This document shows, piece by piece, positions 52,284 through 64,000 of a stretch of DNA of 64,000 nucleotides; positions within the stretch are counted from its first letter, which is position 1, and each line of letters begins with the position of its first letter. Origin of the DNA: Deferribacterales bacterium (GTDB taxonomy: Bacteria; Chrysiogenota; Deferribacteres; Deferribacterales; Geovibrionaceae). A program made the position numbers and the translations under genes. Where the stretch lies: assembly GCA_050253075.1 (NCBI GenBank), contig JBFWJS010000002.1, positions 480,001 to 544,000 on the forward strand. Direction: 5' to 3'. A model generated the notes under the pieces. That model was not told the DNA's origin. It saw only the letters and a program-made list of their open reading frames with translations, and made no database searches.

Positions 52284-52832
52284 TTATGCCTCCTGAGTTG
52301 CAAAAGGCATACCGAGTTCTCTAAGGAGCTCTCTAGCCTCTTCGTCTGTATTAGCACTTGTGGTTATGATGATATCAAAACCGCGGATTTTGTCGATCTT
52401 ATCGTAATCGATTTCAGGGAAAACGATCTGTTCTTTAAGACCCATTGCATAGTTTCCGCGTCCATCAAAAGACTTAGGGTTTACACCCTGAAAGTCTCTA
52501 ACCCTTGCAAGTCCGATTCTTGTAAGTCTGTAAAGGAATTCGTAAGCTCTCTCGCCGCGAAGTGTAACTTTGCAACCGATAGGCATTCCTTCTCTCAGTT
52601 TGAAAGTAGCGATAGACTTTTTAGCTCTGCAAAGGACAGGTTTCTGTCCAGCGATGAGCTCCATGTCTCTAACTGCACCCTCTATTACTTTAGAGTTCTG
52701 TACAGCCTCGCCAACTCCCATGTTAAGAGTGACTTTTAAGACTTTAGGAACCTGCATGACGTTCTTGTAGCCGAATTTCTCTGTGAGTTTCGGTACTACC
52801 TCTTCTGTATAGATTCTCTTGAGTTCCGCCAT
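52284..52832 (-). CDS. rplE: 50S ribosomal protein L5
   Basis: NMGVGEA, FKLREG, FDGRGNY. Confidence 0.97.
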   Translation of the reverse strand: MAELKRIYTEEVVPKLTEKFGYKNVMQVPKVLKVTLNMGVGEAVQNSKVIEGAVRDMELIAGQKPVLCRAKKSIATFKLREGMPIGCKVTLRGERAYEFLYRLTRIGLARVRDFQGVNPKSFDGRGNYAMGLKEQIVFPEIDYDKIDKIRGFDIIITTSANTDEEARELLRELGMPFATQEA

Positions 52833-52845
52833 TAGTTATTCTCCG

Positions 52846-53175
52846 TTAGTCCTTATCGATAATCTCGCCGCAAGATCTGCAGAATCTAACTTTCTTGCCG
52901 GACTCAAGTACTTTAATACCAAGCTTTACGCCTTTACTGCATTTCTCACAGTAGTACGCAACGTTAGAGATATCAAGAGGCATCGGTTTATCAAAGATGC
53001 CGCCGTCCGGGTTGAACTGGTTAGGTTTCATATGCTTTTTAGAAACGTTAACGTTCTCGCATATAACCTTGCCTTGAGTTTTGTCTAATTTGACAACTTT
53101 AGACTTTGTACCCTTATCTTTACCAGTAGTAATGATAACAGTGTCGTCTGTTTTCAGTTTAAGTTTTCCGTTCAC
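52846..53175 (-). CDS. rplX: 50S ribosomal protein L24
   Basis: KOW motif TGKDKG, KKHMKP, ISNVA. Confidence 0.95.
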   Translation of the reverse strand: MNGKLKLKTDDTVIITTGKDKGTKSKVVKLDKTQGKVICENVNVSKKHMKPNQFNPDGGIFDKPMPLDISNVAYYCEKCSKGVKLGIKVLESGKKVRFCRSCGEIIDKD

Positions 53176-53187
53176 TTATGCACCCTC

Positions 53188-53559
53188 TTACAGTACTTCA
53201 GGAGCCATGGAAACGATCTTAAGGAAGCCTTTTCCACGAAGCTCTCTAGCAACTGGGCCGAAAACACGAGTCGCGATCGGCTCAAGATTTGTTTTGTTCA
53301 GAAGAACACAAGCGTTGTCATCAAACTTAATATAAGTTCCGTCGTTTCTGCGCTGCTCTTTCGCTGTGCGCACAACAACAGCTTTAACAACAGTACCTTT
53401 TTTGATGTTACTGTCAGGAGCTGCCACTTTTACAGTAGCCACTATGATATCGCCGATTCTGCCGTAGCGCTTTTTAGAACCACCAAGCACCTTAATGCAA
53501 AGCACCTCTTTAGCACCGGAGTTATCAGCAACTCTCAGTCTGGATTCTACCTGTATCAT
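53188..53559 (-). CDS. rplN: 50S ribosomal protein L14
   Basis: VADNSGA, FDDNA, FGPVARE. Confidence 0.97.
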   Translation of the reverse strand: MIQVESRLRVADNSGAKEVLCIKVLGGSKKRYGRIGDIIVATVKVAAPDSNIKKGTVVKAVVVRTAKEQRRNDGTYIKFDDNACVLLNKTNLEPIATRVFGPVARELRGKGFLKIVSMAPEVL

Positions 53560-53565
53560 GTTACG

Positions 53566-53838
53566 TTACCCCTCAACTGCTACTTCAACAGAGCGCTCGA
53601 TGATCTTTGTCACTCTCCAGCGTTTATCCTTAGAGAGTGGACGTGTCTCAACGATCTCAACTGTATCACCCATTCTGCATTCGTTGTTCTCATCATGGGC
53701 CTTGAAGTTTTTACTTCTCTTGATGAACTTCTGATACCTTGGATGGAGTTTCAGGTTCTGGACTTTAACAACAACTGTCTTGTCCATCTTATCGCTGACT
53801 ACCACCCCTTTTCTTACCTTTCTGCTGTTTCTTTCCAT
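53566..53838 (-). CDS. rpsQ: 30S ribosomal protein S17
   Basis: [18 protein letters not shown]. Confidence 0.97.
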   Translation of the reverse strand: MERNSRKVRKGVVVSDKMDKTVVVKVQNLKLHPRYQKFIKRSKNFKAHDENNECRMGDTVEIVETRPLSKDKRWRVTKIIERSVEVAVEG

Positions 53839-54035
53839 TATTTTTCCTCAACAGCACGCTCGTTAAGGATAGTCTTAATACGAGCTATGTCTTTTTTAGC
53901 TTTTTGAATCTGGGAGCTATCTTCGATATCTCCTGTCGCAAGCTTGAACTTCATTCTGAAGATGTTTTCTCTGAGCTCTTTCTCTTTTTCGACAAGCTCA
54001 GCATCTTTCATTGCTTTCAGCTCGGATGCTTTCAT
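53838..54035 (-). CDS. rpmC: 50S ribosomal protein L29
   Basis: KKDIARIKT; position in the S10 operon. Confidence 0.95.
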   Translation of the reverse strand: MKASELKAMKDAELVEKEKELRENIFRMKFKLATGDIEDSSQIQKAKKDIARIKTILNERAVEEK

Positions 54036-54460
54036 TCTGCAGCCTCCGCCATATCTTCTCTTTTTACGAATTTACATTTAATAGGCAGCTTGTGAGCAGC
54101 TCTTCTGAACGCTTCACGAGCCTGTGCTTCTGTAACACCGCCTACTTCATAGAGGATTGTACCCTCTTTAACAGGAGCTACATAGAACTCAACCGCACCT
54201 TTACCTTTACCCTGTCTAACCTCAAGAGGTTTAGCAGTTACAGGTTTGTGAGGGAAGATACGGATAACGACCTTACCACCTCTTTTGAGGTATCTGTTGA
54301 TCGCAATCCTCGCTGCCTCAATCTGGCGGCTGGTGAGCTTACCTTTACCTGCAGCAGAGAGACCGAAGTCGCCGAAAGCTACGTAGTTACCCTTTGTAGC
54401 TTTACCTTTGATGCGGCCTTTGTACTGCTTTCTGTATTTTAATCTCTTTGGAAGAAGCAT
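54032..54460 (-). CDS. rplP: 50S ribosomal protein L16
   Basis: RQIEAAR, RIFPHKP, GKGKG. Confidence 0.97.
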   Translation of the reverse strand: MLLPKRLKYRKQYKGRIKGKATKGNYVAFGDFGLSAAGKGKLTSRQIEAARIAINRYLKRGGKVVIRIFPHKPVTAKPLEVRQGKGKGAVEFYVAPVKEGTILYEVGGVTEAQAREAFRRAAHKLPIKCKFVKREDMAEAAE

Positions 54461-54462
54461 TG

Positions 54463-55116
54463 TTATTCACCTGCCTCAGCTTTTTTCTCTTCGAGTACTT
54501 CACCAGTGAAGACCCAAACTTTAATACCGATGATACCGTAAGTGGTCATAGCTTCTGTTGTGCCGTAGTCTATGTCCGCTCTGAGTGTCTGAAGAGGCAC
54601 GCGGCCTTTAATGTACCACTCAGTTCTGGCCATATCAGCACCAGCAAGACGACCGGAACATGCAACTCTGATACCGAGTGCGCCGGATTTCATCGCCTGA
54701 AGTACAGCTTTTTTCATAGCACGTCTGAAAGCCACACGACGCTGAATCTGCATAGCGATGTTTTCAGCTATGAGAACAGAGTTGATCTCAGGCTTTTTAA
54801 CTTCTCTGATAACAAGAAGTACTTCTGAGTTTGTAAATTTCTTAAGCTCTTTTTTGAGCTTGTCGATCTCTGCGCCTTTCTTACCGATAACGATACCGGG
54901 GCGTGATGTGTTCAGAGTTATTCTGACACGTGTACCCATACGTTCGATACCGATACGGGAGAGACCGGCTTGCATCAGCTTATCTTTGAGGAACTTTCTG
55001 ATTCTGATGTCCTCGATGAGCTGTTCTCTGTATTCTTTTTTGTTGGCATACCAAACCGATTTCCACGGCTTGTTGATACCAACTCTGAATCCATTAGGAT
55101 TTACCTTCTGTCCCAC
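54463..55116 (-). CDS. rpsC: 30S ribosomal protein S3
   Basis: [30 protein letters not shown]. Confidence 0.97.
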   Translation of the reverse strand: MGQKVNPNGFRVGINKPWKSVWYANKKEYREQLIEDIRIRKFLKDKLMQAGLSRIGIERMGTRVRITLNTSRPGIVIGKKGAEIDKLKKELKKFTNSEVLLVIREVKKPEINSVLIAENIAMQIQRRVAFRRAMKKAVLQAMKSGALGIRVACSGRLAGADMARTEWYIKGRVPLQTLRADIDYGTTEAMTTYGIIGIKVWVFTGEVLEEKKAEAGE

Positions 55117-55128
55117 CAAATACCTCCG

Positions 55129-55461
55129 TTAGTCAGAAAGAACTACTGTTATGTTGCTGGTAGGTTTGCGGATGCTTGTAGCACGGCCGTAAGCTCTAGG
55201 AAGAAATCTCTTCCAAACTGGACCCTGATCCACCTTAACCTCTTTCACAACCATACGGCTAGCATCTGCGTGGTTGTGGTTCTCCTCTGCGTTGCTCGCA
55301 GCGGACTTAACAGCCTTGTAAAGGATCTCAGCACCTTTGTTAGGTGTGAACTTAAGGATAGCAAGAGCTTCCTCTACCTTTTTGCCTCTGATAAGATCAG
55401 CTATAGGACGAGTTTTTCTAGGAGAAACTCTCTGATATTTTGCGTATGCTCTAGCTTCCAT
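55129..55461 (-). CDS. rplV: 50S ribosomal protein L22
   Basis: SPRK, SAASNA, PRAYGRA. Confidence 0.97.
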   Translation of the reverse strand: MEARAYAKYQRVSPRKTRPIADLIRGKKVEEALAILKFTPNKGAEILYKAVKSAASNAEENHNHADASRMVVKEVKVDQGPVWKRFLPRAYGRATSIRKPTSNITVVLSD

Positions 55462-55462
55462 C

Positions 55463-55744
55463 TTATCTACCCTTTACTTTTTTGTCGTCTTTCTTATGTC
55501 CTCTGAAAGTTCTGGTAAGGGAAAACTCACCGAGTTTGTGTCCTACCATGTTTTCAGTAACATAAACAGGGATGAACTTGTTGCCGTTATGAACAGCGAA
55601 GGTCATTCCAACCATTTCAGGAAGTACGGTACTTCTTCTTGACCATGTCTTAATGACTTTTTTGTCGCCGCTTTCTTTAGCAGCATCTACCTTTTTCATA
55701 AGGTGGTCATCTATAAACGGGCCTTTCTTGAGTGATCTAGGCAC
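55463..55744 (-). CDS. rpsS: 30S ribosomal protein S19
   Basis: [21 protein letters not shown]. Confidence 0.97.
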   Translation of the reverse strand: MPRSLKKGPFIDDHLMKKVDAAKESGDKKVIKTWSRRSTVLPEMVGMTFAVHNGNKFIPVYVTENMVGHKLGEFSLTRTFRGHKKDDKKVKGR

Positions 55745-55756
55745 TAGTCAATCCTC

Positions 55757-56584
55757 CTACTTCTTCCTGCGGGTTACGATATACTTGTTGGAAGGTTTGT
55801 TCTTCTTCCTTGTCTTGTATCCCTTTGTAGGAACACCCCAAGGAGTAACAGGATGACGTCCACCTGATGTTCTACCTTCACCACCACCGTGTGGGTGATC
55901 GATTGGGTTCATTGCAACACCACGGACTGTCGGACGTATGCCCTTCCAGCGAGCTCTACCCGCTTTACCGATTTTAATGTTCTCATGCTCTTGGTTAGAA
56001 ACCTGGCCGATTGTAGCTTTACATTCAGCTTTGATCAGTCTGATCTCACCGGATGGCATGCGGACGTGACAATAGGTTCCCTCTTTAGCGAGAAGCTGTG
56101 CGTATGTTCCAGCAGAACGAGCAAGCTGACCGCCTTTACCGGGCCTCATTTCAACGTTATGTATTACTGTACCGACTGGCAGATCTTTCAGCATTTTAGC
56201 GTTACCAAGTTTGATATCCGCTGCTTCGCCGCTTTCTACCTTATCGCCGACTTGAAGACCTGTTGGAGCGAGTATATATCTTTTCTCACCATCTGCATAG
56301 AAAACAAGAGCAATTCTTGCACTTCTGTTTGGATCGTATTCGATAGTTTTTACATTCGCTACAATGCCGTCTTTATTTCTTTTAAAGTCTATCAGACGAT
56401 ATTTCTGCTTATTACCGCCTCCCTTGTGCCTAACAGTAATGCGGCCGTGGTTGTTACGACCGGCTTTTTTGTGTTTAGGCGCGAGGAGTGACTTCTCAGG
56501 CTCATTAGTTGTGATGTCTGCGAAGTCGCTGTTGGTTCTAAACCTTACACCGTCTGAAGTTGGTTTAAACTTCTTTATTCCCAT
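55757..56584 (-). CDS. rplB: 50S ribosomal protein L2
   Basis: [21 protein letters not shown]. Confidence 0.97.
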   Translation of the reverse strand: MGIKKFKPTSDGVRFRTNSDFADITTNEPEKSLLAPKHKKAGRNNHGRITVRHKGGGNKQKYRLIDFKRNKDGIVANVKTIEYDPNRSARIALVFYADGEKRYILAPTGLQVGDKVESGEAADIKLGNAKMLKDLPVGTVIHNVEMRPGKGGQLARSAGTYAQLLAKEGTYCHVRMPSGEIRLIKAECKATIGQVSNQEHENIKIGKAGRARWKGIRPTVRGVAMNPIDHPHGGGEGRTSGGRHPVTPWGVPTKGYKTRKKNKPSNKYIVTRRKK

Positions 56585-56600
56585 TTAAGGTTTCCTCTTC

Positions 56601-56882
56601 TTAAACAAACTCGAGTGTTTCGCCTTCAGCGAGAACAACGATAGCTTTTTTCCAGTCGTTTCTCTTACCGAGTGAACGTCCGAAACGCTTAGCTTTACCT
56701 TTGTTGTTCATAGTTCTGACGTCTTTCACTTTCACGTTGAAAAGGGACTGTACAGCCTCTTTTACCTGGAGCTTTGTAGCTCTTGGATCAACTGCGAAAG
56801 TAATCTGGTTGAGGGTCTCTTTAGCCTCTACAGCTTTCTCTGTAATAACTGGCTTTTTAATAATGTCATAAATAGTCATCAT
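56601..56882 (-). CDS. rplW: 50S ribosomal protein L23
   Basis: PVITEKA, WKKAIV. Confidence 0.96.
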   Translation of the reverse strand: MMTIYDIIKKPVITEKAVEAKETLNQITFAVDPRATKLQVKEAVQSLFNVKVKDVRTMNNKGKAKRFGRSLGKRNDWKKAIVVLAEGETLEFV

Positions 56883-57505
56883 ATGAGAACCTCCTGAATG
56901 CGCTCAACTGCATCCTGGCAAAGCAGGATAGTTCTTGAGTTGATCACATCATAAACGTTAAGACCGTTTACATCGAGAAGGTCAACGTAAGGAACGTTAC
57001 GGAAAGCAAGTATAGCTTTCTCGTCGAGTTCTTTGTATACGATGAGGACCTTTCTGTCAGCAGAGAAATTCTTCAGAATTTCAACAGCTTCTTTGGTCTT
57101 GCCGTTTGCTACGCTGAGAGCGTCGAGTATATGAATTGCACCGGCCTCAGTTTTCGCTACTATAGCGGACTTGAGAGCATTCTTAATCTTCTTCTTAGGC
57201 ATTGTGTAGCTGTAATCTCTCGGCTGTGGACCGAAAGCTACTGCTCCGCCTCTCCAAATTGGAGATTTGCGGGAACCTGATCTGGCGCGGCCTGTACCTT
57301 TTTGTCTCCAAGGTTTAGCCCCTCTACCGCCTTTCATCTTAGCCCTGTTCAGAGTAGAATGAGTACCGGCTCTTCTGTTTGCGAGTTGCATTATTACAAC
57401 TTCATGCATGAGGGCGGGTTTTACAGGATATGACATTATTTCGTCACTCAGATCAACCGTTCCTACTGTTTCGTTTTTCACGTTTTTTACGTCAAAAGTA
57501 GCCAT
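56879..57505 (-). CDS. rplD: 50S ribosomal protein L4
   Basis: KPWRQKGTGRAR, FGPQPR. Confidence 0.97.
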   Translation of the reverse strand: MATFDVKNVKNETVGTVDLSDEIMSYPVKPALMHEVVIMQLANRRAGTHSTLNRAKMKGGRGAKPWRQKGTGRARSGSRKSPIWRGGAVAFGPQPRDYSYTMPKKKIKNALKSAIVAKTEAGAIHILDALSVANGKTKEAVEILKNFSADRKVLIVYKELDEKAILAFRNVPYVDLLDVNGLNVYDVINSRTILLCQDAVERIQEVLI

Positions 57506-57517
57506 TATTTCCTCTGA

Positions 57518-58153
57518 TTACTTCTTAGCCTTAACTGCTTCTTTAATGTAGACAATTCCGTCTTCGTGGCCTGGGATTGCACCTTTAACAAGCAGCAGGT
57601 TTGTTTCTGGGATTACTTTCACCACGGCGAGATTCTGTACAGTGACTTTTTTGCCACCCATTCTGCCGGGCATCTTTTTTCCTTTCATGGTTTCGCCGGG
57701 AAACTCACACATACCAATAGAACCAGGGGCTCTGTGGAAGTGAGAACCGTGTGTCGCGCGACCGCCGCTAAAGCCGTAACGCTTTACAACACCCTGAAAG
57801 CCTTTACCTATTGAGGTACCCTGTACATCTATGAGATCGCCTTCCTCAAAGATGTTAACATCAACCTGCTGACCCACTGTCATTTCGCCAGCTTCGCCCC
57901 TGAATTCTTTCAGGAACTTCATAGGCTTTACGCCTTGCTTTTTGAAATAACCGGCCATTGGTTTGTTTACTCTTGTTTCTTTAACAATTTCATCAAATCC
58001 AAGCTGAATGGCAGAGTACCCGTCTTTCTCTTCTGTTCTGACTTCGGTAACTACACAGGGGCCCGCAAGCACGACGGTTACAGGCACAACAGAACCGTCC
58101 TCGTTAAAGACCTGTGTCATTCCTACTTTCTTACCAATGATTGCTTTTGCCAT
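57518..58153 (-). CDS. rplC: 50S ribosomal protein L3
   Basis: [22 protein letters not shown]. Confidence 0.97.
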   Translation of the reverse strand: MAKAIIGKKVGMTQVFNEDGSVVPVTVVLAGPCVVTEVRTEEKDGYSAIQLGFDEIVKETRVNKPMAGYFKKQGVKPMKFLKEFRGEAGEMTVGQQVDVNIFEEGDLIDVQGTSIGKGFQGVVKRYGFSGGRATHGSHFHRAPGSIGMCEFPGETMKGKKMPGRMGGKKVTVQNLAVVKVIPETNLLLVKGAIPGHEDGIVYIKEAVKAKK

Positions 58154-58170
58154 TTGTCTTCAACCTTTTA

Positions 58171-58485
58171 TTAAAGTTTTATTTCTACGTCAACGCCGGC
58201 AGAGAGCTCGAGCTTCATAAGGGCATCAATAGTTTGAGGGTTGTGCTCAAAGATATCTATGAGCCTTTTATGAGTCCTTACTTCAAACTGATCTCTAGCT
58301 TTTTTGTTAACGTGTGGAGACCTAAGAATAGTGAATTTTTCGATACGGGTAGGCAGAGGGATCGGACCGACCACCTCTGCACCTGTTCTTTTCGCTGTAT
58401 TGACTATGTCTTTTACAGCCTTATCCAGAATTCTATAATCGAAAGCTTTAAGCTTTATTCTTATTTTCTGATTTTCCATCGTCAT
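58171..58485 (-). CDS. rpsJ: 30S ribosomal protein S10
   Basis: [21 protein letters not shown]. Confidence 0.97.
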   Translation of the reverse strand: MTMENQKIRIKLKAFDYRILDKAVKDIVNTAKRTGAEVVGPIPLPTRIEKFTILRSPHVNKKARDQFEVRTHKRLIDIFEHNPQTIDALMKLELSAGVDVEIKL

Positions 58486-59669
58486 TACTCGGATATTTCT
58501 GTTACAACACCGGCGCCGACTGTTCTACCACCCTCACGGATAGCGAAACGAAGACCAGCATCCATTGCGATTGGAGTGATAAGCTCCACGTCACAAGATA
58601 TGTTGTCACCAGGCATTACCATCTCTACTCCCTCTGGAAGTGCGATGATTCCTGTTACGTCTGTTGTTCTGAAGTAGAACTGTGGACGGTAACCTGTGAA
58701 GAATGGGGTATGACGGCCGCCTTCCTCTTTTGTAAGGATGTAAGCTTCTGCCTTAAACTTCTTATGTGGTGTGATAGAACCTGGTTTAGCAAGAACTTGT
58801 CCACGCTCAACATCGTCTTTCTTAATACCACGAAGAAGGATACCTACGTTGTCACCAGCCTCACCTTGGTCAAGAAGCTTACGGAACATTTCTACTCCGG
58901 TTACTACTGTCTTAACTGTGTCTTTGATACCAACGATCTCGATCTCTTCACCAACCTTTACTATACCGCGCTCAATACGACCTGTTACTACTGTACCACG
59001 GCCGGAGATAGAGAACACGTCCTCGATTGGCATAATAAATGGTTTATCTATGTCACGCTCTGGCTCTGGGATGTAGTCATCAAGAGCTTGTACAAGCTCG
59101 ATGATCTTCTCTTCCCATGCTGCATCGCCTTCAAGGGCTTTAAGAGCGGAACCCTGGATGATTGGTGTATCATCACCGGGGAATTCGTAAGCAGACAGAA
59201 GGTCGCGGATCTCAAGCTCTACAAGCTCAAGAAGCTCTTCGTCGTCTACCATGTCGCATTTGTTCATGAATACTACGATTGTAGGCACTCCTACCTGACG
59301 TGCAAGAAGGATGTGCTCACGTGTCTGAGGCATTGGGCCGTCAGATGCGCTTACTACAAGTATAGCGCCGTCCATCTGCGCTGCACCTGTGATCATGTTC
59401 TTAACGTAGTCGGCGTGACCTGGACAGTCTACGTGTGCGTAGTGACGAATCTGGGACTCGTACTCTACGTGTGCTGTCGCAATAGTAATACCACGCTCGC
59501 GCTCCTCCGGAGCCTTGTCAATGTTAGCGAAGTCTACAGCCTGGCAGAAACCGCGTTTAGCAAGTACTGCTGTCATTGCTGCTGTAAGAGTTGTTTTACC
59601 GTGGTCAACGTGACCGATTGTACCCACGTTAACGTGAGGTTTCTTTCTCTCAAATTTTTCTTTGGCCAT
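58485..59669 (-). CDS. tuf: Elongation factor Tu
   Basis: [26 protein letters not shown]. Confidence 0.98.
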   Translation of the reverse strand: MAKEKFERKKPHVNVGTIGHVDHGKTTLTAAMTAVLAKRGFCQAVDFANIDKAPEERERGITIATAHVEYESQIRHYAHVDCPGHADYVKNMITGAAQMDGAILVVSASDGPMPQTREHILLARQVGVPTIVVFMNKCDMVDDEELLELVELEIRDLLSAYEFPGDDTPIIQGSALKALEGDAAWEEKIIELVQALDDYIPEPERDIDKPFIMPIEDVFSISGRGTVVTGRIERGIVKVGEEIEIVGIKDTVKTVVTGVEMFRKLLDQGEAGDNVGILLRGIKKDDVERGQVLAKPGSITPHKKFKAEAYILTKEEGGRHTPFFTGYRPQFYFRTTDVTGIIALPEGVEMVMPGDNISCDVELITPIAMDAGLRFAIREGGRTVGAGVVTEISE

Positions 59670-59707
59670 TTCAGGTCCTCCAAAACTTTAAAGTATTTTA
59701 TCTTTAA

Positions 59708-61780
59708 TTAGTTAGTTTTTATAATCTCTTCTGCGATGTTGTTAGGTACTTGCTCATAGTGGTCGAAGTGCATTGTATATGTTGCACGTCCCTGTGTGAT
59801 AGATCTGAGCTGTGTAGAGTATCCGAACATTTCTTTAAGCGGAACCATACACTTAATTACCTGAGCACCACCGATCATGTCCATACCTTCAACCTTTCCT
59901 CTTCTTGCGCTGAGGTCACCCATAACGTCACCTGTGTAATCGTCAGGAGTAACAACTTCAACTTTCATAACAGGCTCAAGGATAACAGGGCCTGCTTTCT
60001 TAGAAAGGTCTTTGAAAGCCATAGAAGCAGCAATTTTGAATGCCATCTCGTTAGAGTCGACATCGTGGTAAGAACCATCGTAAAGAACTGCTTTAAGGTC
60101 TTCAACAGGGTATCCTGCAAGGCAACCGTTCTGAAGTGCTTCTTCGATACCTTTCTCGACAGCAGGTACGTATTCCTTAGGAATAGAACCACCAACGATC
60201 TTGTTCTCGAATATGAAGCCCTGACCGGGTTCAAGCGGATGAAGCTCGATACAAACGTGTCCGTACTGACCGCGGCCACCGGACTGTTTAATGTATTTAC
60301 CTTCACCGGATACTGACTTAGTGATAGCTTCACGGTAAGCAACCATCGGGTTACCAACGTTAGCTTCAACTTTAAACTCTCTCATCATACGGTCTACGAT
60401 GATCTCGAGGTGGAGCTCACCCATACCGGAGATGATTGTCTGACCTGTTTCCTGATCAACTTTAACTCTGAAAGAAGGGTCTTCCTGAGCGAGTTTCTGA
60501 AGCGCCTGAGAAAGTTTCTCCTGGTCAGCCTTTGATTTAGGCTCAACAGCAACGGAGATAACCGGATCAGGGAAAGTCATAGACTCAAGGATGATCGGCT
60601 TGTCAGGGTCACACAGAGTGTCACCAGTTGTTGTATACTTAAGACCTACGGTAGCGCAAATATCGCCAGCGAAGATCTCTTTGATCTCTTCACGGTTGTT
60701 GGCGTGCATCTTAATAAGACGGCCAACACGCTCTTTCTTGTCTTTTGTAGAGTTGACAACATAGCTTCCTGCCTCAAGGTGTCCTGAGTAAACACGGAAG
60801 TATGTAAGCTGACCCATGTAAGGGTCTGTCATAATCTTGAACGCAAGAGCAGAGAAAGGTGCGCTGTCATCAGCTTTTCTTTCTTCTTCGATCTCTGTAT
60901 CAGGGAGTATACCCTTGATAGCAGGAACGTCGAGCGGAGAAGGCATGTAGTCGATAACTGCGTCGAGAAGAGGCTGTACGCCCTTGTTCTTGAACGCTGT
61001 ACCGCAAAGTACAGGGATGAAAGAAATGTTGATAACAGCCTTTCTGATACCTGCTTTGATCTCTTCTACAGTGAGTTCCTCACCTTCGAAGTATTTCTCC
61101 ATAAGCTCTTCGTCAGATTCAGCAACAGCTTCGAGAAGTATGCCTCTGTACTCTTCCGCTTTGTCGGCGTATTCAGCAGGAATATCAACGACATCGAAAG
61201 AAGCACCGAGCTCCTCACCGTTCCATACAACAGCTTTCATCTCAACGAGGTCGATAACGCCCTGGAAGTTCTCTTCAGCGCCGATAGGGAGCTGAATAGC
61301 AACAGGGTTAGCACCGAGCTTCTCTTTGAGCTGCTTAAGTACGTTGTAGAAATCTGCGCCTGTTCTGTCCATTTTGTTGACGAAAGCAACTCTAGGGACT
61401 CTATATTTATCGGCTTGTCTCCATACTGTTTCAGACTGAGGCTGAACCCCGCCCACAGCACAGAAAACTGCACAAGCTGAATCGAGCACTTTAAGGGAAC
61501 GCTCAACTTCGATTGTGAAGTCAACGTGTCCCGGTGTGTCGATGATGTTAATGCGGTGTTCTTTCCAGAAACACTGAGTAGTAGCGGAAGTAATTGTAAT
61601 ACCTCTCTCCTGCTCCTGCTCCATCCAGTCCATTGTCGCATTACCGTCGTGCACTTCACCGATCTTGTAGTTTACGCCAGTGTAAAAGAGAATTCTTTCT
61701 GTTGTAGTTGTTTTACCGGCATCGATGTGAGCCATGATACCGATATTTCTCTGCAAATCGAGAGCGACTTTTCTAGCCAC
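59708..61780 (-). CDS. fusA: Elongation factor G
   Basis: [24 protein letters not shown]. Confidence 0.98.
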   Translation of the reverse strand: MARKVALDLQRNIGIMAHIDAGKTTTTERILFYTGVNYKIGEVHDGNATMDWMEQEQERGITITSATTQCFWKEHRINIIDTPGHVDFTIEVERSLKVLDSACAVFCAVGGVQPQSETVWRQADKYRVPRVAFVNKMDRTGADFYNVLKQLKEKLGANPVAIQLPIGAEENFQGVIDLVEMKAVVWNGEELGASFDVVDIPAEYADKAEEYRGILLEAVAESDEELMEKYFEGEELTVEEIKAGIRKAVINISFIPVLCGTAFKNKGVQPLLDAVIDYMPSPLDVPAIKGILPDTEIEEERKADDSAPFSALAFKIMTDPYMGQLTYFRVYSGHLEAGSYVVNSTKDKKERVGRLIKMHANNREEIKEIFAGDICATVGLKYTTTGDTLCDPDKPIILESMTFPDPVISVAVEPKSKADQEKLSQALQKLAQEDPSFRVKVDQETGQTIISGMGELHLEIIVDRMMREFKVEANVGNPMVAYREAITKSVSGEGKYIKQSGGRGQYGHVCIELHPLEPGQGFIFENKIVGGSIPKEYVPAVEKGIEEALQNGCLAGYPVEDLKAVLYDGSYHDVDSNEMAFKIAASMAFKDLSKKAGPVILEPVMKVEVVTPDDYTGDVMGDLSARRGKVEGMDMIGGAQVIKCMVPLKEMFGYSTQLRSITQGRATYTMHFDHYEQVPNNIAEEIIKTN

Positions 61781-61792
61781 AGAAATCCTCCA

Positions 61793-62269
<477 letters not shown>

Positions 62270-62279
62270 TCACCTTTGC

Positions 62280-62651
62280 TTATTTAGGTTTTTTCACGCC
62301 GTATTTTGAACGGCTTTTCTTTCTGTTCTTAACACCTTCTGTGTCAAGAGCGCCTCTAACGATCTTATAACGAACACCGGGAAGGTCTTTTACCCTACCG
62401 CCACGAACAAGAACAACTGAGTGCTCCTGAAGGTTGTGGCCGATACCAGGAATGTAAGCTGTCACTTCTATACCTGAAGTAAGTCTTACCCTTGCTACTT
62501 TTCTAAGAGCAGAGTTAGGTTTCTTAGGTGTAGTTGTATAAACTCTTGTACACACGCCTCTTCTTTGTGGGTTACCCTGAAGAGCCGGAGACTTAGTCTT
62601 TTCAACTTGTCTCTTCCTGCCTTTTCTAACTAACTGGTTAAGTGTAGGCAA
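62280..62651 (-). CDS. rpsL: 30S ribosomal protein S12
   Basis: [25 protein letters not shown] start. Confidence 0.98.
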   Translation of the reverse strand: MPTLNQLVRKGRKRQVEKTKSPALQGNPQRRGVCTRVYTTTPKKPNSALRKVARVRLTSGIEVTAYIPGIGHNLQEHSVVLVRGGRVKDLPGVRYKIVRGALDTEGVKNRKKSRSKYGVKKPK

Positions 62652-62729
62652 CTTCGCTACCTCCTTTATATTTCTTTCGCGACCTTAGACAAGACGTAAT
62701 TCTCCCATCTTTAGGGCGAAAGAGCATGT

Positions 62730-62758
62730 AATCTACCAATACAAGCAAATAATGTCAA
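62730..62758 (-). promoter_or_regulatory. Sigma70-type promoter of the str operon
   Basis: TTGACA-17 bp-TAGATT on the minus strand. Confidence 0.75.
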
Positions 62759-62886
62759 GTACTATATTAGAATTTGTCAGAAGGGATGAAAGATTCCCCC
62801 GCAGGGGGTTTCGGGCTTTTGAAGATACACATTTTTAAAGATTTTGGCAACATATATATAATGTATAAAAAAGGGGGCTCGAAAGC

Positions 62887-63116
62887 CAAGCTGTTTAGAA
62901 TATTTGTTGCAGAATCTCTAAAACAAACACAGCTACGTCATTCTGAGCGTAGCGAAGAATCTGATACCATTAGAGAGCCCACGTGTTCAGATCCTTCGGC
63001 TAAAGCCTCAGGATGACGAAAAATTTTTCTGAAACAAAAAATCCCCGATGTTACTATAAACAACGGGGATTTTATTATTGTGGGTCAAAATTTCAACACA
63101 TCTTTTAAACGGGTTA
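62887..63116. mobile_element. MITE family C, copy 3 (230 bp), inserted in the rpoC terminator
   Basis: Direct repeat gctcgaaagc at 62877-62886 and 63117-63126; imperfect ~25-bp TIRs; family A core at 62937-63017. Confidence 0.9.
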
Positions 63117-63161
63117 GCTCGAAAGCCCCCTTTATATATTAATGATGCAAGTTGTAATTTC

Positions 63162-64000
63162 TTACGCTTCAGCTTCGCCTGCAGCCTCTTCGGCCTTAGC
63201 AGCTTTGATGAAGTTGTATTTTGTGTTACAGATGTGTTTTGCACCTGTACCGGCAGGGATAAGTTTACCCATAGTAACGTTCTCTTTGAGTCCTCTGAGT
63301 TCGTCGAGTTTACCGGAACAAGCAGCATCTGTAAGCACTCTCGTAGTTTCCTGGAAGGAAGCCGCAGAGATGAAAGACTGAGTATTAAGAGCAGCCTTTG
63401 TGATACCCTGCAGGATAGCCCTAGCCTGTGGAGGTCTGAGTCCTTTGTTGAGAGTCTCCTGGTAAACCTTAACGAATTCGGATTTGTAAACCTCTTCGTT
63501 AGGCATGAAGTTAGAGTCTCCTGCGTCCTCAATGATGACCTTCTTAAGCATCTGGCGTGTAATAACTTCGATGTGCTTATCGTTGATATGTACACCCTGC
63601 TTACGGTAAACTTCCTGGATCTCATCTACGAGATATCTTTCAAGAGCTTCCTCACCGAGTACAGCAAGGATGTCGTGTGGGTTTACGAGACCGTCGATGA
63701 GAGCCTCACCTGCTCTAACCCTGTCACCTTCGTGTACGTTGATGTATCTCTGTACGGAGATGTTGTAGCTCTTTTTAACATTTGTTTCTTCGTTAGTGAT
63801 AGTCAGCTTTCTAAGGCCTCTTGCTGTGTTTTCGATGGATACGATACCGTCGATCTCAGCGATAACAGCAGGGTCTTTCGGCTTTCTTGCTTCGAAGAGC
63901 TCGGCAACCCTTGGAAGACCGACAGTAATATCTTTTGTCTTCTGAGTATCGCGAGGTATCTTAGCAACGATATCACCAGGCATAACTTCGTCATTTTCTT
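63162..64000 (-). CDS. rpoC: RNA polymerase beta' subunit, 3' part (5' end outside the window)
   Basis: GLPRVAELFEARKP, INDKHIE, SFISAASFQETT, GLKENV. Confidence 0.97.
   Translation of the reverse strand, partial: ENDEVMPGDIVAKIPRDTQKTKDITVGLPRVAELFEARKPKDPAVIAEIDGIVSIENTARGLRKLTITNEETNVKKSYNISVQRYINVHEGDRVRAGEALIDGLVNPHDILAVLGEEALERYLVDEIQEVYRKQGVHINDKHIEVITRQMLKKVIIEDAGDSNFMPNEEVYKSEFVKVYQETLNKGLRPPQARAILQGITKAALNTQSFISAASFQETTRVLTDAACSGKLDELRGLKENVTMGKLIPAGTGAKHICNTKYNFIKAAKAEEAAGEAEA

Noticed and set aside
58710..59711. 333-aa plus-strand ORF, and similar ORFs opposite the ribosomal genes
   Set aside because: Antisense to tuf and other highly biased genes; a codon-bias artefact.
62774..63016. 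80-aa ORF containing RHSERSEES, and similar ORFs at 399-605 and 24210-24407
   Set aside because: Translations of family A/C repeat sequence rather than genes.

Overview
Bacterial chromosomal window, mostly core and metabolic genes. Gene content and protein style suggest an anaerobe such as a member of Deferribacterota (inference, not searched). In order: a GH57-rich glycogen cluster; ferritin; a sensor kinase and sigma54 activator next to a sigma54-promoted multiheme cytochrome c; pseudaminic-acid genes; yedF-rhomboid-hypCD; hflX; two tRNA-Ser; ilvD and ilvBNC; a FapA/RseC block; gpsA-polA-GGDEF-hisD; comFB; two iron-sulfur flavoproteins; and the str/S10/spc/alpha ribosomal cluster (no rpmD) up to the 3' end of rpoC. 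The most unusual signal is intergenic, where three non-coding repeat families are interleaved. Family A is a GTCAT...ATGAC REP-like palindrome. Family B is a ~90-nt four-hairpin element with covarying stems and GGA loops that look like CsrA/RsmA sites; one copy forms the 5' leader of the cytochrome gene. Family C is a ~230-bp MITE with 10-bp target duplications; one copy split the rpoC terminator. Two genes (rhomboid, hflX) appear to start at ATA. No transposase, integrase, CRISPR array or rRNA was seen.
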